Shown one piece after another: positions 37,501-53,600 of a DNA stretch of 64,000 bases. Numbering within the stretch: position 1 is the stretch's first letter; each line of letters begins with the position of its first letter. The notes beneath the pieces are model-generated. The model was not told the DNA's origin. It was given only the letters and a program-made list of their open reading frames with translations, and searched no databases. Made by a program: the position numbers and the translations under genes. Source of the stretch: Trichoplax adhaerens (Eukaryota; Animalia; Placozoa); the NCBI RefSeq assembly GCF_000150275.1, contig NW_002060947.1, positions 2,841,740-2,905,739 on the forward strand, written 5' to 3'.

Positions 37501-40500
37501 TAATTTTTTTGAATCTAGACGATTAGTTGATAATAAATTGTCAAATACGCTTTCTGAATTAATTCTGATAATAATTGACACTCTTGCAGATGTTCTAGCT
37601 AATTTTATATGTTAGACATATATGATTAAAAATTCTTTATTTATTCTAACAAATTAGGTTACCGACTTCTTAAATTACTGGAAGAGTTGTTGTTTGTAGT
37701 TCTGATTCATATAGTAATTTCGACCAATACAGATCAAAGTCAATTATAAATAGTCTTGGGTATTATGTAATACGTAGATGATAGTGTAATATAATGTATG
37801 AAAAACTTTACATTATGCTTGTGATATTTAATTTCAGGATTAACGTAAAGGTAACAGTTTCGGCTCGACTCAGGCTACTATTTAATAACATTGATTGTTA
37901 CCGTATATAATGAAGTAGAAATATAAAATCCATTTTAGTATTTATTCATCAAAGCGATTTAACAGTTAATCGTAATCAAGCATTCCTATATATCTTACAA
38001 AATGATATTCGATACACATAAAATTGTAACGTAAAAGTACCGAATTAAGATAACCAAATGAAGACATGGATCAAATTTCAATCGTTGACATTAAAATAGT
38101 GCGTAATATTATGATAAACATATAATGTATAGCAATTAATTGCATTTATAATTGAGCGATGAAAAATATTAACAACTATATAATAATCAAACGAAGACGA
38201 AAAAGATTTGGAATTCGCAAAGAGTTATAAACACAAATTCTATCCTAGAATTAAGTAAATATATTAACTTGAAGTCTTAAAGATTGTTATCAAATGTTAT
38301 ATTGAAATATTCTGTAGGTACAGATAGCATCATTATGTTCGAGTATGTTGAATTCTTTAATCAATTTATAGGTGCAAAAAGTGCTAGATTGAGATTTTAA
38401 AATATTTTACTAGGAGATCATTGTATTTATTATAACCAAGGTCACTATTTATGATCTAATCAAGATTCTAAAAGTGATATATTATTAGTAATGCTTAGAG
38501 TGTTACTGGCTAGCGAAGTTATTACTAGTAATAGCATCGATTGCTTAAATACGAATACTTAAATAATTTAGTACTAAACTATCGCAAGAAAATTAATTAA
38601 TCTGTGAAAATAACTGTAATCTAACTCAATAGTGTACAGTATTTGCAACTTGCCTCAGCAAAGTAAAGTATCATTAATGCATTTCTGCTAAAATAAATAC
38701 CTTTAAAGCAATCTAACCGAAATCATATGGAAGACAATTTGTTACTAAAATTGTTAGTAAAACTGTTACTAAAAAGCCGTAATCATCAATCAGGATATCT
38801 TGTAGTGATGCAATTTTTTACTTTGATAGCGACGGCAATGAAGACGTTCTGGACTCTATTATGTTTATCATTCTTGCTTAGTAATATGTTTTTAAGCTAT
38901 CTAAAGAATTTGATTTTGTTATTTTAGGTTATAGGATGCCACAGAATTTCAAAATGAAATTGAGATTACTGTAGCAAAAGCTATTTGAGGGTCTATTTGT
39001 ATCGAAATAGTCGCAAGACTATTCTTGTGTATAAAAAATAGGCAGAAATATCTTATAATGCTTACCGCAGTGTTTACTAGAAAGAAGATTTTTGAATACA
39101 TTTTATGTACTGAACAAAATTTGCTATTCCTTAAACAAATAGCGGAAGTTATAAATTATTAGCTTTGGGTATGACAGTGATGTGATAAATTCTAATATGT
39201 TAATAAAATAATAATGAATAACATTATCGGAAAAGGTTACGGTTGATGCAAACAGTACGCTTCTTGGGTCACAAGGTTATGTTCGTATGATTGTAGTGTC
39301 GTGCTGCTCATAAATGCATCGCAACTTATTGACACTTTTTGACTGTTGCTGTGTTGAAGATGTGTGCTAAAAGTGAATTAATGGTAATAATTAAAGTCCA
39401 ATGTTATTATATTGCGCTAAAATTACAGTAAATTAAGGTGGCTATGTGACAAGTGCAGACATAATTGTACCAAACGTGGATTTAGGGGGCCATTAAGGAG
39501 TAAGAATTTAAATTTTTATTTATTGGCGCAATACTTTATGATATATCAGGGATTAATAATTTGATCAAGATGAGATAGATGGGTTTATCTGGCTGCGAAA
39601 ATCATATTAATCTCGCCTTGCAAGATATTTAGGTGGCGTTTGTTAAACGACTATCATTGCAAATTGTGTATACTAATAATCTCTGTCATTACTGAAATCG
39701 TACAAAAATAATCATAAATGCGCTTTAAGGATTTGGAAAACATTTTGTTATATTAGAATTTAAGCCTAACTGTTAAATCCTGGGTCTTATTTAAACATAT
39801 CTACCTATATACCCATAACCAGACCGATTTCCAGAATTCTTTTAAAGTTCAGTGCCATTGACTTGAGTATGGCAACATTTTACCAGAAAGTATAGGCAAT
39901 TCAGTTATTCTATTATCTTTTTATTTGCTATATCCATAATATGCTTACACTTATACTACAATCATAACTTACAATAATTACTAACGCGGTAACAACTATT
40001 TCAGTATCATGTTTTTTTGTATTAATCTAATATTTTAGTTGTATGTTCTATCACTTAAGGTAAATAAAACTAGGGCATATTTCATTTATTGTTTGTTAGC
40101 TGTTGTCCTTTTCTGTATTTTCACTTATTTAGAAATGATGAAATTCTTTTATAAACCATATATGGTTATGCGATGTGGGTATTTATAGTCAGTCAATAAT
40201 AACGTTTTGTTGGTATTGATGTCATATTACAAGAAATAAAACGACGTATTTTTGTTACTAATTGTCAAGATTTCATAATTCCGCTTTCTAGTTGCTTTCT
40301 TATTCTTATTATTTGATTTAATAATAATAGACACTAGCCTGGAATAATAGGAATGATTAAAAATGATCTTGAAGCTGGATTGATCGATCCTTCTTATTTC
40401 TTGCACGACTTGTTTATCTTACCCATAAGGCCTATCAGGTCAAATAAACGATCAATTTTACCTTTGTGCCTACTGGTGTGTTAGTATTCATGTTGCAGAG

Positions 40501-43500
40501 ATAAAAAAAGACTAAAAAAATTATTATTAACCATGTTAAACACGATATAGTACCTACGTGAAGGTTAGCCAGAATTAATTCTTACACCAATTTACCTAAA
40601 ATGGCTAAAATTTACTCTAACCTTGTGAGACCTAAATTTTACAAAAGTATTTGGCATTAATAACAGAAATGATAATAATAAAAATCACAATAGATATTTA
40701 GAAGAGGAATAAGCTATTATCGTGCCTTGAATAGATCACATCGTAGGAGTTTATTATTACTGGAAATTTACAGTCGAACGCTAAATTGATGTAGTAATTA
40801 TGTAGTAATACACAGCCTTAACATGATCTTGGTGTTGTTGTCAGTAAAGTGATAAAAATTTATATGAAAATCGTAGCTACTATTACCGATAAAGTAGATT
40901 GATTAAGATTAATGGATAGCAGATAGATTAATTGTAATTTTTGTGTATTAGTGTAATGTGCTGTGTTTAAAAATTGAAATAAGGTAGTTTAAAGGATGAT
41001 ATTAGATCAAGAACTTAGGATAGTATGATAAAATAACTAAAAAACATTTTAGATATTAAATCATCGAGTTACTAAGAGTGATTTATAGATATGCAATTGT
41101 AGTACAGTTTTCTTAGAGACACAGTAACTTGATGATTTTATACGTATTATTTATATCGGTTACGAATAATCTAGTAAATATTCTACATTTTGAAATGTCA
41201 TTTTTGTTTGCCATGACTATCATCATAATCATCGTCTACATTATCGTATAGTCAAAACATAATTTTGATATCGATAGGACTCTTCGTGAATAAAGAGTAA
41301 AAAGAGAGATTAAATGGGTAATATTTTTGTTATTATTGTTCTTGCTGTTGTTATTATTATTTCTAATATTGATGGAGGGTTAGCTGCATGAGGTGTCGCA
41401 TAGAAGAAGAAGATACGAAAATATTCTTGCTGTGCTTGATCTGAAATGAGGTTGAACTATGACAAGATCGGCCCTATTTTGCATTAATAAGGATATTTGT
41501 TTAGCTATGAATTTAATATACATTCAGTAGATGCACTAATGTTATATGAATGACAATTTTTAGTTTTACATTGATTCATTTCTTAAAAGGAAAATCCGCC
41601 TCCGCAATCACTTGAATATATTGTCTACTTCGACACCTGCTTGAATAGCACTAGTGTCTTGTATGAAATCAATTCAATTGTAGTTATAACAGACATCTTG
41701 AATAGGATGATCACCAGTATTAGACAGATATTGTTCCAGTAAATAGACAATATTCCAATATACAAGAGCATGAGTGAATAAATACGTTATACCCTGTACA
41801 ACGCTGGTATGCAAATGTATATATGTACGTATATGATAAATACTGTATATGCATGGTAGATATAAATCAATATTGCTAGAGAATGGTAAATAATTGTAAA
41901 CCAATCCAATATTTTTCCATTGTGATATTTAGTTAACAATTGTATTTACTTACTCTACTTAGCCTTTTTAGAAATCTGCTTCTCATTCTCGTACTTTTAT
42001 TTATGATAGTAAAAATAAGTTGTTAAGGCCTCTTTAACCCATAGCTCCCAGTTATCGATACTATTATCTTCTGTTTTGCTGGTTACATCGGCTAATAAAA
42101 TAAAAGACTTTCGAGATCGAAGGGGGAGAAGAGATGATAAAGGAACGAGTTTCATTCTTGGTTCCTAGTAATATGCTGAATATTCTTATAAATTGATGTC
42201 ATTTTCTCCTCGCCATTCAAGAGTTGAAAACTGTACAATGTACATACTATGCTGTACTACAGATGTCAACAGCAATGGGGCCGAACCACTTTCGATAATT
42301 TAAGTGTACGTTCTTATATGTTTATACAGTACTCATAGTAAAGTCCAATATGTCAATGATGACGATGATAATATCATCGATCATCATCTTATTTTTATTG
42401 TATTATTGCCTTTCCCCTAAATCCTATTACCTTCCTTCGTCATGACACCCAACAACACATTGAAATGAATAAAACATGATTATTTGATTGATTTTCACTG
42501 CATTGATTCTGACTACTCAACTCTTCCCTCTTGTCTTTGATCAATTTACTTATTGACGTCAGAGTTAGTTATTTTAATTGTTCTACACGTAGACAATTAA
42601 ATCAAGATTTTTTATTAGCAAAACAAAGTCAATAGGGATAATGATCATTTATCATCGAACATTGAATACAATGAAAGAAAAGCAGTAGTTGAGGGAATTT
42701 AAGGGTGATGAAAAGGATAGGGAGACAAGGGGGAAAAAATTTATATTACTCTTTTCAAATTAAATCAAATCAAAATAAAAAATGAGAAGAATAGCTAAAA
42801 ATTGATTATTTCCTCTCTATTTTGTCTATGACAATACTTGGCTATTGATGAGACTAGATTATAATAAAGCGATAGAGAGCCTATCTACCCGTAACTTCAT
42901 ATATAAGCCTTAAGTTAACTTGGCCAATGTCATTATAATTAGTACAGTTGAAAGCCGAATCTACGTTAGTCTTGAGTCCTGTTACACCAACCAATGAATA
43001 AAAGTGACAATTTCAATCTAGAGATAGACGTGTTCATTCCAATAACAATTCAACAATTTTTTTAATCACACCAAGTCAATACAAGATCACGAATTCTTTT
43101 TTACTTTAGATTGCGAATTCAATCGTACAATTTAGAAATATATGCATACACATACCAGTGTGGTATTTTCCTTTCATAATTTTTAAGCATTTTCTTATGC
43201 AAAGAGGCAAGACTTCAACGTTGCAAGTTAAATTAATAAGTTAAGAGGGAGTGGTATTCTATCAAGAATTTAAATCGATAACGAAACACAGTCATACGAG
43301 CATAACGACATTGAGGTGGTTTGCAGCCGCTGATGTATTAAGTTGGTAGGTATATTATATACTAGGATAATTTTTTAACTTCTTTTCCGCCTGTATGTAA
43401 AATAAAGTGACAGAAAACATGGATTTCATATTAACAAGACTAGATATCAATGATGCAAGTGTTGTATATAATAATCTATGATCGGATACGTTTGTAATAA

Positions 43501-44628
43501 TATCGATACTCAAATTTTAAATCAATTTCTGTCTTCCATCAAGTATCTTTCCATTCTGTCAATTTTGTTCAAGAATAGAGTATAGAGTATGTTCCAACAG
43601 CTTTATTTTATAGTTAAGTATTACTTTACTGGCTAATAGATCAAATTAAAATAGAAAAGTGAAAGTAGGATCAAATAATATTATTGGACTCAGATTTTCA
43701 GAAGGCAGAGTAAGTTCTTTGGCTATCTAAAATGAAAGTTCAATTTAATTCTACTATATTTATAAGCGCGCAGCTAATCACACTTTAATATATAGAAAGG
43801 TATAATACTGATTTCATCGTTTTCTATTTTACAACCAATTTTTGGATTCGATTGTGTAATCACTTATAGAACAACAAATTTAATTCTGCTACTACTATAG
43901 CGTAGAAGAACATTGCTATGTGAATCTCTTCATCATTATCATTCTATGGTTTAAATGAAAAGATATATAATCACATTTAAAATACCATGGTAGTACAATT
44001 TTCTTCTTTATATTATGTATGGATAAAAAATCTATCCTGACACGATTACCTTGCTATCCTATGCTAAGAGGATATCAATTCTATCGTAACATAAAATAAT
44101 CCCATGATAGTTTACTACTTTTTAAAATTTTGATTCTTTGATGACTCCAGCCGGTAATTATATAATTATCTCGGTATTGATAAATTCCCCATATATAATA
44201 TATATGTTTAATAGATAGATATGAAGACTGCACATTGTAAGACAGAAGAGGAATTAAAATTTGCCTATTTCATTAGCAATCTGATCTTTTCCTTATGGCT
44301 GACGTAACATTTAATTGGAATTATCGTCGATTTTAATATTATCTTTTTACTTCTATGATAGCTTTTAGCAGCTGAAGATTGGATTAATTGAGTGAGTCAG
44401 TCTACCGTTGCTTATTCATTCCTACGTTTCTTAAAATTTGACAATTCACGAACTAGAAAAGCTAAGGTATCATCCTATGTTATTGTTGGTCATTGCCTGG
44501 TCGACTTCAGCTGTCATCGTTCAACTTTGAATATAAGAGTTACCGATAAACTCTTGAGAATTTTCTTCAATCCTTGTGAATGCTGTAAAATCTCGAATTA
44601 TCACCATCTAACTAGTCCAATTCATAAA

Positions 44629-47600
44629 ATGACTACGATAGCCACTATGACAAAATTGAATCTCCACCAATTGAACAATGAAGAAAGGAATAAAATTCTT
44701 AATGTCTTGGAACGTTATTATACAACACAAGAAGCAAAACGTGATCGAATAAGGTGAGCTTGAGCGTTTAACTTTATTAATGTAATGGTAGTCCTGGTAG
44801 ATTTCTTCAAATGGTTGTATAAAAGCTTGCATATTGATAAATGGCGGCCATAGTAATTGAAAAAGTCGTTCTTATAAGTAGCTCGTTTAAAAACTGTTTT
44901 ATCTTGATTGATATTTGACCAGATAGAAACATTTAATTAATGTTGAAGGTACTGCAGCATATTTATTTGTCTATAGCTATCATTCTGCTAACATGATTTA
45001 AAATGGACGAAAGCTAAATCCATAACAGCTTCAATCATACATTTACGTTTTATTTTTTTCACGAGAGGCCAATTCGAGAGGCCTATTCAAGGATAGTCAT
45101 AGGAGATTATATATGGCCATTGTGCACCTGACATTAGAAATGAATAGAGAGAATTTACGGAGGCGTCAAGCTTAGACTAATTGCTGTAGATTGATTTAAA
45201 ATACAGAATAAAAAGACATTTTAAGAGCTGCGCCAACACTATCATATTATATTCCATCACTTTAACTCACTGTAAGATTTTCTAATTATTTCAATAACTT
45301 CTACTATCATCCCTTCCTTGACAATCATAACCTTTCAAACTTTTTTCTCGTGTACAGCAATTTTATCTGGGTATTTGTCATATCAATTCGCTCCTTAAGA
45401 GCCTATTTCATTTTATGCAAACAACTTCTATGTCGCACTACAAGGAATACTAATAAATTCATTGTAATGGCAGACTATTTCGAGCGTCTATTAAAAATCT
45501 AATCGTTACAATATAGTCTTCGTCTATTTACTTACTGTACAACACCTACAGTGGTTTAAAATGCTAACGCAATTTAGTTTGCTACATTTCGTGTCATCCT
45601 ACGTTTTGATTTAAATTTTACCTAGATATCTGATAAACTTTGCAAAGATTTTCTCATTTTCTTGCATTACTATTAATTTATACACATGAATTCCGCTACT
45701 AGATTATGCAACATTTTAGATATCTTCAATTAAAGTTTTTCCTGCCTTCTTGGCAATTGTCCAAAGATAGTAAAATTTATTAGGTTAAGTACCTTTTCAT
45801 ACATATAACTATCATTCTTTTCTATGATTTGAGTCCAGAACACATTTATATAGAAGATAATTCTTTGCACTAGTTTATTTTATAACATTCTGTTTGCGTT
45901 AGTTAATGCGCTGCGATAGCTATACAGCATTATATTTTCTGTCCACTTCGCCTAATATTATAATAATTATATGCTACCTTAGCATTATATCGTATGAAAC
46001 ATATTCCCTTGCTATCTACTTTATCTTGCTAAGTAAACCAAAAAATTTTGAAGGCTGCTGGAGTAAATTAACTATTTAATTAAACACGTATTATGCTGAC
46101 ATTTTACTCTCTTCAGTCTGAAATTTTAACGCATATTGTTGGCCGAACAAGAGTGATGATTTTACCATTAATTGTAGTTGCCCGATGTGGTGTCCTCATG
46201 AATGACATTAGACAAAAATCTGTCGGATGCCTTCAAATTAAGATCTTAAGAATAAAATGATATTTTTTCAATATAATAAGTCACGTTTCATAATTTATTA
46301 AGCCTTCAGAATAATTAAGTTCACCAATCGGTCTATTATTATATGTGAATTTGATATTGCACATTCGTGAATGTCGTCATCCATATCGATTTACTGATCC
46401 AATTAAATTCATCTAGAAAACGCCTTCTTAAATCAAATTAGCCCAACATACTCACCTATGGGATCTCTTGAGCTGTGAGAATAAATTATATTAAGGCTAT
46501 AGGAATCCAAAATAAAATTTTACGATACCCTGACCAAATGAAACAATTCAAAGTTTAAAATCAGAATTTATTTGTGTAACACTTGCATAAGTTCAAGTAC
46601 ATCTCATTAATCGTGAAAAAGGCTATTTCTATTGCTATGAATCGAAAAGGAATAATTATCTAGATAACCATATTAAAATAGATATTGACTACTATACAAG
46701 TAGATTAAATATCAAATTGAATTTCTATTCTTCGCTATGCTTAAAATAGTCTATGGGTACTAATTTGTCTAAACATTGAGTTGCAGTAAAATTAGAATGT
46801 TTATTTCAGGGGGTCCCGTAAAAGAATCGAATTTTAGAAATTTTAAATTTTGACCGTAAAAGAATTTATATTTGCACAACTTTATTTTATTAAACTCTAT
46901 TCTTTGTAGCAATTTAAAATATTCTACTATAGCCGTCGTACAATTCAGCATTGAATGATTCAAAGAACGCTAGTTCTATGTCTGCATTATTACATAATCG
47001 CCACTGTCGTATTGTAACATCAATCTTTCCTCCATACCTTCAAAGGTAGTGTACTAATATTTTCTGCCTTGATATAACACATGTAATTTCATACTAATTC
47101 TTTGTAGTGCAATTCTTAAATTAATCCAGATCCAGATATGTGATGAATTTTTTCGTTTTTGAAGTACAGTTGATAATACGGAATGGCAAAGCCTATTCCT
47201 TCTCCTTCAGTTTTAGCCAAATAACGACTTTAATAAGGATATTTCAGCTCTGCTTTAGAACTTAATCTTATGAGAGAAACTAGCCTTATTCTGTGCAAAG
47301 CTAATTTGTTTGTCCTTAGATTGTATCTCAGGGACTGATTTTAGAACAAGAGATTTATATTCACTTTTAATATCGTCATCCTTCTATTATGTGTGATTGA
47401 ATTCCATATTTCAGACTTCGTAGATATTGAAGTTCTTCTCCTTCTAATAGGAAGATTTTACTAACGAGAAATATTTTCTGTTTTTGTTTTGTGTTATCTT
47501 TGTCTCGGGCATTGATACCATGGTAGGCAATTACGTGAACGATTAAAGATATTAAAGGATAAAGGTGTTATTCGTTCCCATGAAAAACCAGGAATACGTG

Positions 47601-50600
47601 TTTGCAGCCGTTGTAGAGGAAAATTAGGCATGTTTTTTAATACTGGTGCTATATGTAACCGCTGCGAACGTCGAGTTTGCCAATCTTGTTGCCAAGAACC
47701 AAGATCTGATGGTGGTGCTCGCTATATTATTTGCAATGTTTGCAGTATTGAACGGTAAGATTATCACCCCCTATTCTTAATTTTTCATTATAATACCTCA
47801 TTTACAGAATGTTCAAGTTAGTTTGAGTCTATATCTTATCTTAAGATTAGCAGTTACTGTACCGTTTAGTAAGTTAATGTTTAACCCAATCACATATTAC
47901 TTTCAAATTTTTGAGGGTTACTCAATGGTACTATTGTCTTGATTTAAAATTTTTTATTAAGATGGAGGGCAGGGAATTGTGATAAATATTAGAAAAAATC
48001 AAGAGCTATCAAGCCGCATGATTAATTTCTAAAGGCATTTTTTGATCACTAATTTTAATTTCTTCTCGTAAATTGCGCATACTACGTGAAACATAGCAGA
48101 GAAAAATTAAAATAATAGCTTAAATGTAGTTGTAACACGACACCGGTATAGAAGTAATATGAAACAGATATAATAAGGAAAGAAAGAGAATAAAAGAAAG
48201 ACTTTTCTGAGGGTAAATTAATTTAATGCATATCATGATTTATTTAGATCAAGTATCATATGACGCTTTAAAAGTTTGAAAGATTACATAAAAGTTTTTA
48301 AAATATAGAGATAAAACGAGTAAAATATTCAGAGAAAATAGTAGATACACCATATAATTTTATAAAGTTCAGGTTTCCTTCTCTTTCAAGAATGATATTG
48401 ATTAGAATCATTCTTTTATTAATAGCAGCAATCAATATCACTATTAAAGTAAAGTATCGACTCGCTAGAATCATTTGAAAGGCTAAAAATTATACCTTTA
48501 AAGATATAGCTAATGTAGTCATAGATGTAATCTTGCATAATAGCCAAATATAATTGATTTGATATTTTTCCTTTGTCCTTACTGCTGTGTCTGTTATTGA
48601 TCTCGACATAATTATCCTTTTTTCTCATTCTGTTAATGAATACCATGAAGATGATACAAATAATTAATTTACAAAATTATGAAGGTAGTGAGACGAATGA
48701 CCACCATTTTCATACAATATATGTATAACTAAATCTAAATTTACATTATCGAAATGACGTTATCTCCATCTATTTTCTCGTTTTAACGCCGGAAAGAAAT
48801 CAAATTTAGTTATTCATTTTATGCAGATGGCGAGTAAGCATGGAAATAAGTGTATAACATGAGTCGTAGGGAATTTATTATAATTTAACTATATTATGAT
48901 ATAAATAATTAATAAACCAGTCCGCATCCATTTATAGTAACAACAATATTGTCCACATATCAGAATATGACTCTTACATAAAACTAATGTTTCAAGCTTT
49001 TTCTAATTCTACAACACTAACGGGAGGGAAAACTAAAGTTGAGCTCGTATTTTCACAATGTGCAATAAATGAAATCTAACAGTTTAATAGCAAAGGTAAT
49101 TGTAATTTCTTTTTCGCAAAGTTAGCTAACTTTGAGCTTTTTCAATATAACTATGACGTTTATTCGCTATTGTATCGATTCAGTTGTAGCAAGTTACATA
49201 GTAGAGAAATTATCTTCCTTAAAATTTGATTTGAAAATTTAATTATTTTAAAAGGTTATCTGTAGATTATCTTGAATTTTTCAATTATTTTCTGTTTCCA
49301 TAAAATAAATAGCTAAGAAAAAGGAGATACTTGCTCTAAATATGAGAAAGTAACATTTTCACCTTTCATATCAATACGGCTTCTTCATTACAGCAGATTT
49401 AACTGGAACTTGTAGAGAGATTACTACAAACGAAATTCAAATTTCAATACTCTTATATTAATACTAGCATACCCATTTTTACCAGAACATTACAAATTGA
49501 ATACGATAAAATAGAAAATATCGGACTAGTATAATGCTGAAATTCTTGCTACATGATCTTTTTAACACTATTGCTGTTCCTGTAATCTGTTTGGTTACAT
49601 TTAATTAAAATATCTATGATTTGGTAAGGACTGATCTACATAAATAGAGCATATAATGACTACTTATAGTGTTAGCTTATTAATTGGGTAATCATTGCTA
49701 CCAATAATGATAGAGATAGTTCGCAAGTTTCCGTGAGTTATAATATCGAACGAGAGACTTCACAACCATCGCTGATACAGAGCCAAAACTCTTATAGCCT
49801 ATTGAACTTCTTTTTAATTACTGTTGCGCTAATGTTAAACTTTAAAGAAACAAATGACTTGCTAGGTCTATTATTTGTTTAAGAGGGTGAAAATCGAAGC
49901 TGTTTGGTAAGAATATAACAAAATAGTGCAATAACTATTAATGCTGAAATTGTACACAAATATTAAAATAATAATTTCGAAGGTGGACTTAGTTTGATTA
50001 AGGGAGGTAGTAACTTAATTTAGTACAGTATAACGATAAAATACTTTACTATCCTATTAGCTATCTTATACTTAAAGAAGGCTCTCTGTAAAATTATTTA
50101 TGATTAGTAAATAATTGATTATCATATTTCTATCAATACTACGAGTTAAATGTATTCAATATACAACAATGAAAATAAATGTAGATAATAATGTAATTCG
50201 ATAAACTCTTTACCTATGATACTATTAGCACTGAGTAACTTGCGTATTGTTGCATACATACCTTATTATATCCTGCGTTGAGTTGGATAAAATCTCATCA
50301 GAAATTAGAATTATATTAAGATTCAAGATACCGTTAAAAAAACAATCCTTTTGTTTGTGACTAAAAACAACAGCTACGGTCGATCTGTGATACAGTTGAT
50401 AAGAATTTCTCTTAGTTCTAGATAGAACTTCATTTTTCTTAGGTAAATATAAGTTAAAGTTCAATACAAGGCACGAAGGCAATATTTAGTTAATGATAAG
50501 TATAATACCGTAGATGGCTATTTTACATCGCTCTGTAAAAATCTTATTAATCTTTAGACTTTGATTACGTTTATTTAATAGAGATGACAAGGTTAAGATC

Positions 50601-53600
50601 TGCTAGTCATAGTTTGTTGTCGATAAATTTCATCGTTAAGATACTTATTTCCTAAACACTCTCTTCCCTTTTGCTATTGCTATGGACTATAAATAGCTTC
50701 ATTCTTAGTCTAAACTGTAATATTAATAAAAGTAGGCTAACTGAATGCATATATCATAAATCTGTTAGCTTTCGGACTAAACATTCAGGATATCTATATC
50801 AATTAAATCTAGGCAATCAACAGAAAATGAGAGTAATTTACTACTTTTATCAAAGTTAATGACAGATTTGATTTAATTAATATTTCCTTGTTGTAAAACA
50901 CTTTCTATTTAATACTATAGAATACAAATAGGGTACATTGTTATAAATGTTTTAAAAGGATAACTTAACATCAACTACATCATATTACTGGCGCCAGCTA
51001 TTTTAAATAGATTGGCTTTAATTCTTTCAGTTGCTACGATTAATGCTTAAGTGTTTATGAAATAGGTAGGCATATAACAGTAACTGTATAATTTCCACAA
51101 ATGTAGTATTTTTTAATTTAGTATCTACGCAGTAAATTTATAACTTTTCAAATTTTCTCGGGGCAATAGCTTTACTGCAGCTTTTTATTAACCATAGTGC
51201 TACGGAATCTATATAATTAGCTTCATTTAGAATACATACTGTACAGCAACAAAGTTTTATTTTTCTGTTGAAAAAATCTGCTTAGTATTGCATATTAAAA
51301 GTACCGGTTACAGCTAATGATAGGTTGTTAGCAGTTTGTACGTCTTCCTCATTATCGTATCATTTCAGTATTTGGGAGAAATTCTACAGGCTGAAATAAT
51401 TGTAGCTCAAAATCATCATATCTTGATGCAGATTTGTTGTATATGGTATGTTTAATTATCAATATTTACTTATTGTACAGAAGTTAATATTGTCATTGTG
51501 AATAATAAATGAAGGAAATTACTGTAAATTGTCAAATTGTACCAGAAATTATTTACTTATTCTATATATTTAACTTTCGTTACCGTTGTTTTCTCCACAA
51601 CGACATTAATTAGCTATTCTGCTTAATTGTTTAACAATAGCACATTGCACAATAGCTTGACAAGATATTATTAATCATGAAAAATAATTTTAGTTATCTT
51701 AATAATTCCACATCGGCAGCTGTAAACTAAATTGAAAAGGTTGTAATCTTTAATGTAATAACCTAACAACGCCGTAAATATTATCGTTTTGAGAAAATAA
51801 GGAAATGAAAGTATCAGATTGAATCAGTTCACTTCATGATTGGATCCTTTATACGGGCTATCTGCAAATTATTTGTTATGATTGAAATACATGGTCATAA
51901 AGCATAATTAAAAACATTATCCTGAAGTTTGTACCCTAATCTGGTATATTTATGATCTATTTTAACTCGATAAATTTTATTATGTAAATTCTTAAATAAT
52001 GAGTCTCTAATGGTTTTGCTAATGTATAGAGCAATGAATTCAGATGATGGGATCAAGGTTTAGACTTCTTCAATTAATTCTCTAATTAAGCACTAAAATT
52101 TTCTATATGCACCGGTAATGTTTGGTAATATCGCTATCATACGCCAGTAGAAATTGAAGGGCTTGTAATTCTGTAGTTATCTAGTTAATTGTAAGCCTTG
52201 TCAAAGCTGATAACTATTCGATATGATAATTGCATCAAGCTTAACGTTTTAGATGAAAACTAACAATTTATAAGTGTAATAGAAGATCTACTGATGTAGA
52301 TTTGCTCAACTTTATTGTATAACATATATGCGAGAATATTACTGAAATATAACAAGAAACTCTTAAGTTCATTATTTTAAAGTTACTTTTACGGGATTCT
52401 TTTACTTAAACTGGGTCGCTATTACGGAAATGAAATTTGAAAATTTATTACACTATATTATATAAAGCTTTTAATGTGAAGAGTAAAATTTACTTTTTAA
52501 TTCGAGTATTTACAAGCTGGCTGTTAGTACCACATGTGACGCTTAAAATATTTATGAGTTAAATAGAATTCATCAATAGGACTTGGTAATATTTGGACAT
52601 TTATTGATTATTACTGTACCAGCTTTAATACAACGAGATAGAGATTTCTTTGCTAAAGCGATATTTTTTATACCTCAATTGAAATTAAAATATTAATTGC
52701 GGCTTTTACTAAACCGCATTGATCTGAGAAGTTGATTAATTCGTATTTAGGAACAAAATATGCAGTTAACTTCCTTTAATTTTCATAATTTAATAAAAAT
52801 TATAGACAATTAGCGATTGAATCTGGTAGTTGGACTCGTCGTGGTAGTGTAGATCGAGAAACTGATCCAGATTCTACAGTTAAAATGCTATCTAAGTTTC
52901 TGAAAAGGATTGATAGTTATGCTGAAGATAAAGACGAAATTCAGGATGAAGGTCTGTAACTTTCTCTTATATGTTGTTTAAATAATAATGTATGTATCTT
53001 ATTTTTTCCAGCATAGATATTATTTTTTACTCTTCTATGGCAACTAGATAAGTCGCATCTTAGCATTGTTATTATTTTGTATTATTAACATTGCATTAAT
53101 TCACGATTATTGCATTGCTAATTTTCTATACTAAATCTATGAAGTAAATTCTAGTTACTATAGTCTATCCTTTGTATTTAAATCACGTAATACCCGATTT
53201 ATAATAATTGGATGCAAAGGAAAAGTTCTTACGAAAGCACTTTCTTATTATACTTTACACGAGATTGCGGCCTATAAAATAATCACACTAACACGATCAT
53301 AAAGATAGTTTTAGTTATGCATAAATAAAAACCAAGAAAGTCGTTGATGAATATTTTCGCTTTAACTTAAATAGTAGCACCAATTAATACTCTTCCGCAA
53401 CAACAATTTTAGTGTATATGACTGTGCTACTGATATTAATTTCTACTTAAGAATATTCTTGTCATACTCCCGTAGTTAAAGACGACAAAGGTAATCGGAA
53501 GTAATACCAGCGTCAAAGATTGATGTAACGGTTTTGACTTCTGCAGACATGAATATTCAACTTTTACAGCGCTATAGATAGTTTAAGTTAATATTATTAT

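Noticed and set aside
38727-38990. Signal-peptide-like MKTFWTLLCLSFLL and a 12-bp triple repeat (38739-38774)
   Set aside because: No convincing downstream exon or neuropeptide-like cleavage pattern; hydrophobic ORFs are common in AT-rich DNA.
42554-42561. Full CRE palindrome TGACGTCA upstream of the Slp gene
   Set aside because: One occurrence per 64 kb is close to chance expectation.
48827-48833. 7-nt ATGGCGA between strong-looking splice signals in Slp intron 2
   Set aside because: It is out of phase with the next exon and would need exon skipping to give a product; unsupported without reads.
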